The translations under genes and the position numbers were made by a program. Positions 27,037-34,095 of a stretch of DNA of 64,000 nt are shown here, one piece after another. The stretch is taken from NCBI GenBank assembly GCA_963666565.1, contig OY762911.1, forward strand, positions 2,304,001-2,368,000. The letters run 5' to 3'. The notes under the pieces were generated by a model. The model saw nothing but the letters and a program-made list of their open reading frames with translations. It was not told the origin of the DNA and did no database searches. Positions within the stretch are counted from its first letter, which is position 1. Each line of letters starts with the position of its first letter. Origin of the DNA: Thermoanaerobaculia bacterium. Its GTDB lineage: Bacteria > Acidobacteriota > Thermoanaerobaculia > Multivoradales > Multivoraceae.

Positions 27037-28868
27037 CGTCAAGCGGCCTCACACCGGGTGCGCCGGCGACCTCGCCGGCATCAGGCGCGATGCCGCGAAG
27101 CGGCGAGCCCGAGTCCCGCCGTCCGCGGCGAGCACCTTGTTCCGTAGCCGCCCTTCTTCTTGCCGTGTTCGCCTCGATGGCGGCAGCCACCTCGCCGCCC
27201 CTCGAGCCGACCCGCTTCACCCTCGACAACGGGATGACCTTCCTCGTCGTCGAACGCCCCGGCCGCCCCCTGGTGGCCGCCGTCTGGGCTGCGCGAGGCG
27301 GCTCGGCGTCTGACCCGCCGGGACGCCGCGGCCTCGCCCACGTCGTCGAGCATCTCCTCTACGCCGGCAGTCGGACGATCGGCGCCCGCGACTGGGACGA
27401 GGAGGCGCCGCTGCTCCGGCGCTGGGAGCGCCTGTACGAGCGGTCCGTGCGGCAGGGCGCCGCCGAGCCCGGCCTGGACGGGGTGGAGCAGCGGCTCGCG
27501 GCCCTTCAGCGGCCCGGCGCCTATGCCGGCGTCTACACGCGCGCCGGCGCGCTCGGCATCGACGCCTTCACCCGCCACGACTCGACCGCGTTCCAGGTCC
27601 TGACGCCGAAGGAGAAGATCGAACTCTGGTTCTGGATGGAATCCGACCGCCTGCTCGAACCGGTCTTCCGGGGCTTCCGGCGCGAGCTCGCGGTGGTCGA
27701 GCAGGAGCGCCGCCAGCGCATCGACTCGACGCCGGCCGGGACCTGGTTCGACCTCTTCGACGCCGCCTACTGGGGCGCCGGGCACCCCTACGCCCACTCG
27801 CCGGGCGGCGAGCGGCTCGAAGTCGCGCGCCTGCTGCCGGCGGACGCGCGTTCCCACTTCGAGGCCACCTACCGCCCCGACCGCCTGGTCGCGGTTCTCG
27901 TGGGCGACCTGACCGCGCCGCGCATACGAGAGCTGGCCGAACGCTACTTCGGAAGGCTCGAAGGCGGCCGCCAAAGTCAGCCGGATGCACGGGACTCCCG
28001 ACCCGCCGCCGCCGAAGGCGCTCGGGATCCGCTGGGTGCGCGGGTCTTCCGACCCGCCGCCGCCGAAGGCGCTCGGGAACCGCTGGGTGCGCGGGTCTTC
28101 CGACCCGCCGCCGCCGAAGGCGCTCGGGATCCGCTGGGTGCGCGGGTCTTCCGACCCGCCGCCGCCGAAGGCGCTCGGGATCCGCTGGGTGCGCGGGTCT
28201 TCCGACCCGCCGCCGCCGAAGGCGGCCAGGAACGTCCGGGCCCGCGGCAACGACCCGCTCCCGAAGCGAACGAAGCGCCAGCGACGCCCGGTCCCCCCGA
28301 GCCGGCGCTCGGATCCCTGGAAGGCCTCTGCGCCTGCCGCGGCCAGGTCGAGATCCGCTATCCCACCGTGCCGTTCGCGGCCGCCGGCGACGCGGTCGCG
28401 CTCGACGTCCTCGCCGGCCTGCTCAACGGCCGCTCGGGGCGCCTCTACCGCGAGCTCGTGGCGGGCGAGGGCCGGGTCGCCTTCGCGGCGTCGGCGGAGC
28501 ACGTGTCGCGGCGGCTCGGCGGCTACTTCGCGGTGCGGATCGAGGCAGGCGAGGGCGCGGTTCCATCGGAACTGGCACCCGCTTGGGACCGGCTGCTCGA
28601 GAGAGTGCGCGCCGGCGGCGTCGACGACGCGGAGCTCGAGCGGGTAAAGCGGCAACTCGCGACCGACTCCTGGCGTCAACTCGAACAGGACGTCGGCTTG
28701 GCGCACCGCCTCGCGGCGGCCGAGGCGCTCGGCGGCTGGCGCCAGTTGACGGAGTGGCTCGACGCCGCGGCGGCGGTCTCGGCCGCCGACCTGGAGCGGG
28801 CGATCGATCGCTACCTCCTCGGCGCCGAGCGGGCGGTTCTCTCCCTGACCCGGACCGGGGGACCCTGA
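27033..28868 (+). CDS. M16 family zinc peptidase (insulinase), catalytic subunit
   Basis: LDNGMTFLVVE, GLAHVVEHLLY (HxxEH), MESDRL; ATG 27033 overlaps the CRTAC1 stop (ATGA). Confidence 0.88.
   Translation: MTSSGLTPGAPATSPASGAMPRSGEPESRRPRRAPCSVAALLLAVFASMAAATSPPLEPTRFTLDNGMTFLVVERPGRPLVAAVWAARGGSASDPPGRRGLAHVVEHLLYAGSRTIGARDWDEEAPLLRRWERLYERSVRQGAAEPGLDGVEQRLAALQRPGAYAGVYTRAGALGIDAFTRHDSTAFQVLTPKEKIELWFWMESDRLLEPVFRGFRRELAVVEQERRQRIDSTPAGTWFDLFDAAYWGAGHPYAHSPGGERLEVARLLPADARSHFEATYRPDRLVAVLVGDLTAPRIRELAERYFGRLEGGRQSQPDARDSRPAAAEGARDPLGARVFRPAAAEGAREPLGARVFRPAAAEGARDPLGARVFRPAAAEGARDPLGARVFRPAAAEGGQERPGPRQRPAPEANEAPATPGPPEPALGSLEGLCACRGQVEIRYPTVPFAAAGDAVALDVLAGLLNGRSGRLYRELVAGEGRVAFAASAEHVSRRLGGYFAVRIEAGEGAVPSELAPAWDRLLERVRAGGVDDAELERVKRQLATDSWRQLEQDVGLAHRLAAAEALGGWRQLTEWLDAAAAVSAADLERAIDRYLLGAERAVLSLTRTGGP
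27983..28230 (+). repeat. Four 51-bp tandem units (plus one degenerate), each carrying the REP-like palindrome, in-frame in the M16 gene
   Basis: Units start at 28002, 28053, 28104 and 28155 and encode PAAAEGAR(D/E)PLGARVFR. Confidence 0.95.
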
Positions 28869-28871
28869 GCG

Positions 28872-30464
28872 GTGCGCCGGCTCTTCGAACCCGCGCCCGG
28901 CACGGTCGTGGCGCCTCTCGCCGCCGTTGCGCCGGTCGCTGCCGTCGCGCCCGTCGCCGTCATGGCGATCATCGCGGCCGTCGCCGTCGTAGCGTCGCCG
29001 TTCGCCGTGCCGGCCGCGGCGCAGCCGCGTCCGGAGATTCCGGAGCGGCCCGAGGAACTGGAGTTCCCGCCGTCGACCTTCGAGCCGCCGCCCGTCGCCG
29101 GGTTGCGCTTCGAACTCGGCAACGGCCTGCCGGTCTACGTCGTTCCCGACCGCATCCTGCCGCTCGTCGACGTCGTGCTGGCGCTGCCGGTCGGCGACCG
29201 GAACGAGGGTCCGGGCGAGGACGGACTGGCCTCGATGACGGCGGCGATGGCGCGCCGCGGCGGCGCCGGCGAACTCGGCCCCGAGGACCTGGACGACGAG
29301 ATCGACGCCCTCGGCGCCCGCGTCGTGACGAGCAGTTCCTGGTCGCGCACCGTGCTCGCGCTCGACTGCGGCTCGGACGCCCTCGGCCGGGGCCTGGAAC
29401 TCCTGGCGTCCATCCTGTTCGAGCCGCGGTTCAGCGAGGAGCGGCTGGCCCGGGCGAAGGAGAACCTCCGCGTCAGCCTGCTGGCGGCGGCCGACGACCC
29501 GCGGACGGTCCTCGAACGGGAGTGGCTGCGTCTGGTCCACGGGCCCGGTTCGCCGCGCAGCCGCCGCCTGACGGAGGAGTCCGTCGCGGCGTTCGACCGC
29601 GACGCTCTGGCCGGGTTCCACCGGCGACACTGGCGCCCCGAGGGAGCGGTGATCGCCGCCTCGGGCGACGTCGACCCGGAGGCGCTGGTGGCGCGTCTCG
29701 AGGAGCTGTTCGGCGGTTGGGGAGCTTCCGCCGGTCCGGACGCCGGCCCGGCCGCGAGCGGGCGTTCCGCGGCGCCCCGACAGCCGGCGCCGGCCCGCGC
29801 CGCTTCGCCGGGCTCGTGGACGATCGACCGTCCAGACCCGCAGGCCGCGATCGCGCTAGGACACCGCGGCGCCGTCTTCGACTCCTGGGACGACTCCGAG
29901 CGTTGGGCCCTGATGCTCCTGACGGAGGTGCTCGACGGCCCGGGCGCGGTGTCCCGGTTGCGCTCCAGGCTGCAACTCGAGGAGGGGCTCACGTACCGGG
30001 TGTTGACGTACTTCGATCTCGACGTGGCGCCGGTCGCCTCGTCGTTGCCGCATCAGGTCGGGGGCGAGTTCCGCGTCTTCCTGGAGACGGCCCCCGAGTC
30101 GGCCGCGGCCGCCGCCGCCGCGGTGCTGGAGGAACTCGGCCGGCTCCGGCGGGACGATGTGTCCGCGGCCGAGATCGCCACCGCTCGGGAGTCGCTGCTG
30201 GCGCGCCTGCCGCTGCTCTTCGACCGTGCCGAGTCGGTCGCCGGCCGCTACGCGGAGGACGAGCTGCTCGGCCGTCCTCACGAGTACTGGGCGGTGTATC
30301 GGGAGCGGCTTCTCGCGGTGACGGCGGCGGACCTCCGGCGCGTGGCGACCCGATTTCTCGACCCGGAGGGGGTCGCGGTGCTCGCGGTTGGCGACCTGGC
30401 CGCGATTCGATCCGGCCGAGGGCCGGACTGGCAACGCCTGCCCGCCAGCGGCGCGCCCGACTGA
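28872..30464 (+). CDS. M16 family peptidase, non-catalytic partner subunit
   Basis: LGNGLPVYVV, GLASMTAAM (no HxxEH), SRLRSRLQLEEGLTY; starts 3 nt after the catalytic subunit. Confidence 0.87.
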   Translation: MRRLFEPAPGTVVAPLAAVAPVAAVAPVAVMAIIAAVAVVASPFAVPAAAQPRPEIPERPEELEFPPSTFEPPPVAGLRFELGNGLPVYVVPDRILPLVDVVLALPVGDRNEGPGEDGLASMTAAMARRGGAGELGPEDLDDEIDALGARVVTSSSWSRTVLALDCGSDALGRGLELLASILFEPRFSEERLARAKENLRVSLLAAADDPRTVLEREWLRLVHGPGSPRSRRLTEESVAAFDRDALAGFHRRHWRPEGAVIAASGDVDPEALVARLEELFGGWGASAGPDAGPAASGRSAAPRQPAPARAASPGSWTIDRPDPQAAIALGHRGAVFDSWDDSERWALMLLTEVLDGPGAVSRLRSRLQLEEGLTYRVLTYFDLDVAPVASSLPHQVGGEFRVFLETAPESAAAAAAAVLEELGRLRRDDVSAAEIATARESLLARLPLLFDRAESVAGRYAEDELLGRPHEYWAVYRERLLAVTAADLRRVATRFLDPEGVAVLAVGDLAAIRSGRGPDWQRLPASGAPD

Positions 30465-30481
30465 CGGTCGTCACGTGTTCT

Positions 30482-30528
30482 TGGCCGCCTCCGGCGGCAG
30501 CCGGCCAGAAGGCCGGCGCACCGACAGG
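30482..30528 (-). repeat. Variant REP-like palindrome with compensatory stem changes plus core hairpin
   Basis: gccggcc-agaa-ggccggc-gcacc at 30500-30522, preceded by ggccgcctccggcggc. Confidence 0.75.
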
Positions 30529-30555
30529 GCGGCTCGTTCCCCAGGCGCCGCCGCG

Positions 30556-30867
30556 TCAGGCCTGCTTTGCCTCGGCGGCCGCCGGCCGGCCTGAGCGGAC
30601 GGCCGCGATGAACTCCCAGGCTCGGGGCAGCGCCATGATCGCGACCCCGATGCCGATGGCCCAGCCCGCGGTCAGAACCGTGGCGTGCAGCGCGGCGATG
30701 TCGGCCGTCAGCGACGTCTCAAGCGCCGCGATCTCACCGCGGAGCGACGTCTCAAGCGCCGCCATTTCACCGCGGAGCGACGTCTCAAGCTGAGCGAGGT
30801 CAGCCTTCGTGGCGAGGTGCTTGTACGCTTCTTCAAGAGCCGCGACGCGTTCGTCGACCGAATTGAT
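30556..30867 (-). CDS. DUF1640/CCDC90-like coiled-coil protein with C-terminal TM; start codon apparently ATC
   Basis: Frame reads INSVDERVAALEEAYKHLATKADLAQLETSLRGEMAALETSLRGEIAALETSLTAD...TM, with 33-bp internal repeats; AAGGAGG lies just upstream of ATC 30867. Confidence 0.65.
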   Translation of the reverse strand: MNSVDERVAALEEAYKHLATKADLAQLETSLRGEMAALETSLRGEIAALETSLTADIAALHATVLTAGWAIGIGVAIMALPRAWEFIAAVRSGRPAAAEAKQA

Positions 30868-31033
30868 GACGCCCTCCTTTCGGGGCGGCGACAGTCTAGC
30901 CGACTGGCGCCGCTGCCGGCAGCCCCCGTCTCCGGTTGGAACGCGTACCAGCCGAACCGGAAGGCGACGCGGTAGGCTGGCTCGCGGGCCGGGCCTGCCG
31001 GGCGGCGGTCCATACCGGACGAGAGGGGGTCCC

Positions 31034-33871
31034 GTGCTTTCGTTGACCGTGAGCAGCGTCGATTCGATGTCGCCAGCGGCCGGACGCCATGCAAGGCGCG
31101 TGTTGCCGGTCCTGTGTCTGCTGCTGTTCGCAGCCGTGGCTCACGGTCAGCAGTTCGCGAGGCTCGCGTCCGGCGCCGCCGCCGATGACCGGAGTGCCCC
31201 TGCCCGCGCGGCCGGAACGGCGATCGTCGTCGACCGGGACCTGGTGCGTTCGGACCCGCAACGGCTTGAGCTCCAGGGGACGGACGGCCGGATCCTGGTC
31301 GCCGAGCGGAGCGTGTTCGAGGATCGGGGAGACGGCAACGTCATGTGGGCCGGCCGGTTCCCCGGCGCGAGCTACGACAGCGTCGTGCTGACCGTGCACG
31401 ACGGCTACCTGCAGGGCATGTTCGGCGAACCGGAACGGGCGCCCCACTGGATTCGCGCCGGCCCGGACGGCCTGGGCCGGCTGGACCGGCCCGTCGACCG
31501 CGGACCGGAGGGCGGCGCCGAGTTCTGCGCCGGAGGCGTCGTTGCCAACGCGCCGGCGCCGGGCGCCGCGGTCGCGGCGAGTCGCGCCGACCCGCCGGCC
31601 GCGGTAGTCGGCGAATCGAACCACGATCGCATCGACATCCTCGCGCTCTACACCGTGAAGGCCGCCGAGGTCTGGGAAGGCCTCGGCTACGGTCCGCCGC
31701 GGGCGGCGATTCAGGCGGCGATGGACTTCCTGAGTCTGGTCTTCCGTAACAACTCGATGCCGGCGACCGCCCGGCTGGTCCACGTGGCGGAAGCGCCGGC
31801 GGCCCTCGACGGTCCCGAGGTTCTCCTGAACCGGCTCTCGGACACGCGGGAGGTGGTGGAACTCCAGGCGCAACACGGGGCGGACCTCGTTCACCTCTTC
31901 ACGGGCGAGCACTACCGGGATCTCCGCTATTGCGGCATCGCTTGGCTGCTCACCCGGGTTGGCGAGAGGGACGGCTTCTCGCGCGCCCATGGCGTGACCG
32001 CCGCCACTTGCAGCTTCCCGGCTCAGGAGGGGACCTATCCCTACTTCGGGCAGGTGTTCGCCCACGAGGTCGGCCACAACCTGGGCGCGAACCACGATCC
32101 GGCCAACACGGATGTCACGAAGGACCAGGCCTTCCGTCCGTGGGCCTTCGGGCACTTCGACATCGACGTCAATCCAACGGTCGAGACGATCATGAGCTAC
32201 CGCAGCTACTCGCCGCGCCAGTGGGTACCGTTCTTCTCCTCGGTGCGGATCAGGCCGAACGGCTGGGCGATCGGAGTCCAGGACGAGAGGGAGAACGAGC
32301 GCGCTCTCTACGACGGCGCTCCCCTGGCCGTCGTTTACGACGACTGGATCCCGGACCCGTCCGAGTGGCCGGCGCACCCGTCCTATGCGCAGCCACCGGC
32401 CGCGCCGGAGAACCTGAAGGTCGCGTCGACGAGCGCGACCAGCGCCCGGCTCGAGTGGGTCGACGCGGCGGATACGGAGGCGGGCTTCCAGATCCAGGCC
32501 AGAACCGGGGCCGACATATGGCGCGTCGTCGAGGCCGTGCCGGCCGACCGCGAATCGGTGGAGGTCGACGGCCTGAAACGGGAGGCCCGGTACGCGTTCA
32601 GGGTGCGCGCGCATCATGCCCGGGGAGGCGCGGACAGCGAGATCGTCAGCGTCACGCTACGGGCGGGCGGCGGCCCGGGGCCGGGCCCCGGCCCCGGAGA
32701 CATCGACGTCCCGAAGGATCTCGGCGCCGCGGCTCTCGGCTCGACGTCCATCGAGTTGAGCTGGAGTGGCGTCACGGACGGGACGGTCGAGGTCGAGGCG
32801 CGCACCTGGAAGGCTGGCTGGGCTCATGTGGCGACCGCCGACGCCGCGGACGGCCGGGCGACCGTGGCGAATCTCGAGGCCGAGGCCCCCTACACGTTCC
32901 GGCTGCGAAGCCGGACCGGCGGCGGCAAGGTCTCCGCGTGGTCCGACGAGGTCAGCGCGACGACCGGCGACGCGTCCGGCGCCTGCCGGGACGGCGGCGA
33001 GTATCTCTGCCTGTCGGAGGGTCGATTCGAGATCCGCGTCCACTGGAAGGACCACAACCGGGAGGGCGTGTACGGCGCGGGGACGGCCGTGCCGATCGAC
33101 GTCTCGGACGAGTCGGGGATGTTCTGGTTCTTCAGCAGCACGAACATCGAGCTGGTCGTCAAGACGCTCGACGGCCGGGGAGTCAACGGCCACTACTGGG
33201 TGTTCTTCGGCGCGCTCTCGGACGTGGAGTACTGGGTGACGGTCCGCGACACGTCGGGCGGCGGCAGGCGGACGTACCACAACCCGCCGGCGGAGAACTG
33301 CGGCCAGTCGGACATCACGGCGTTCGTGCCGTCCGCGGCGTCCTCCAGCGCTCCAGTCTGCGGGCGACGAGACGGCGGCACTCCTGGTCCTTCGTGTGGC
33401 GCTTCCGCGGAGGCCGGGACCGCCGGGGTTTTCGGAGTCTCCGGCATCGAACTGGTTCCGATGAGGGCGTCGCCGATCGACCTGCCCTCCGTCGCCCTGG
33501 CGCAGGACGGCGGCGGGACGTGCGAACCGGCCGCCGGCCGCCTCTGCCTGCACGATGGCCGCTTCTCGGTCGAGGTCGAGTTCACCGACCCGAACGTGAA
33601 CGAGCGCAAGGCCGGTCAGGTCGTCTCGTCGCTGACCACGGCGGAGACCGGGTTCTTCTGGTTCTTCAGCCCGACCAACGTGGAACTGGCGGCAAAGGTG
33701 CTGGACGGCCGCGCGCTGACGGGCAAGTACTGGTTCCTTTACGGCGGCCTCTCCGACGTGGAGTACGTCGTGACGCTGACCGATACGGCGACCGGCGAGT
33801 CGAAGCGCTACATCAACGAGGCGGGCAGTCTCTGCGGCGGCATCGACACCTCGGCGCTGCCCCTCCAGTAG
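31034..33871 (+). CDS. Secreted M12B/reprolysin-like zinc metalloprotease with two Fn3 domains and two C-terminal unnamed domains
   Basis: Signal peptide, HEVGHNLGANHD zinc motif, TIMSY Met-turn, Fn3 motifs. Start is GTG 31034 or ATG 31067. Confidence 0.88.
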   Translation: MLSLTVSSVDSMSPAAGRHARRVLPVLCLLLFAAVAHGQQFARLASGAAADDRSAPARAAGTAIVVDRDLVRSDPQRLELQGTDGRILVAERSVFEDRGDGNVMWAGRFPGASYDSVVLTVHDGYLQGMFGEPERAPHWIRAGPDGLGRLDRPVDRGPEGGAEFCAGGVVANAPAPGAAVAASRADPPAAVVGESNHDRIDILALYTVKAAEVWEGLGYGPPRAAIQAAMDFLSLVFRNNSMPATARLVHVAEAPAALDGPEVLLNRLSDTREVVELQAQHGADLVHLFTGEHYRDLRYCGIAWLLTRVGERDGFSRAHGVTAATCSFPAQEGTYPYFGQVFAHEVGHNLGANHDPANTDVTKDQAFRPWAFGHFDIDVNPTVETIMSYRSYSPRQWVPFFSSVRIRPNGWAIGVQDERENERALYDGAPLAVVYDDWIPDPSEWPAHPSYAQPPAAPENLKVASTSATSARLEWVDAADTEAGFQIQARTGADIWRVVEAVPADRESVEVDGLKREARYAFRVRAHHARGGADSEIVSVTLRAGGGPGPGPGPGDIDVPKDLGAAALGSTSIELSWSGVTDGTVEVEARTWKAGWAHVATADAADGRATVANLEAEAPYTFRLRSRTGGGKVSAWSDEVSATTGDASGACRDGGEYLCLSEGRFEIRVHWKDHNREGVYGAGTAVPIDVSDESGMFWFFSSTNIELVVKTLDGRGVNGHYWVFFGALSDVEYWVTVRDTSGGGRRTYHNPPAENCGQSDITAFVPSAASSSAPVCGRRDGGTPGPSCGASAEAGTAGVFGVSGIELVPMRASPIDLPSVALAQDGGGTCEPAAGRLCLHDGRFSVEVEFTDPNVNERKAGQVVSSLTTAETGFFWFFSPTNVELAAKVLDGRALTGKYWFLYGGLSDVEYVVTLTDTATGESKRYINEAGSLCGGIDTSALPLQ

Positions 33872-33891
33872 GGGGTGCGCCGGTCGGTGCG

Positions 33892-34072
33892 CTGGGTGCG
33901 CGGGTCTTCCGACCCGCTGGGTCCGCGGGTCTTCCGACCCGCTCGCCGCCGAAGGCGGCGGACAGCATCGTCGCCGGCCTTTGGCCGGCGGCCTTGTTGT
34001 CCGGGCTGCGCCGCTTCGCGGCTTCGCCCGGCGAGCGGGTCGGAAGACCCGCGCACCGACCCGCGCACCCAG
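33892..34072. repeat. REPIN-like composite element with duplicated ends
   Basis: Forward copies at 33892 and 33917, reverse copy at 34035, partial copy at 34058. Confidence 0.92.
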
Positions 34073-34095
34073 CCGGGCGTCTATACTGATCGGCC

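Noticed and set aside
28002-28205. Repeat-spacer-like 51-bp array
   Set aside because: The intervening segments are essentially identical and in-frame within a CDS, so this is a tandem repeat and not CRISPR.
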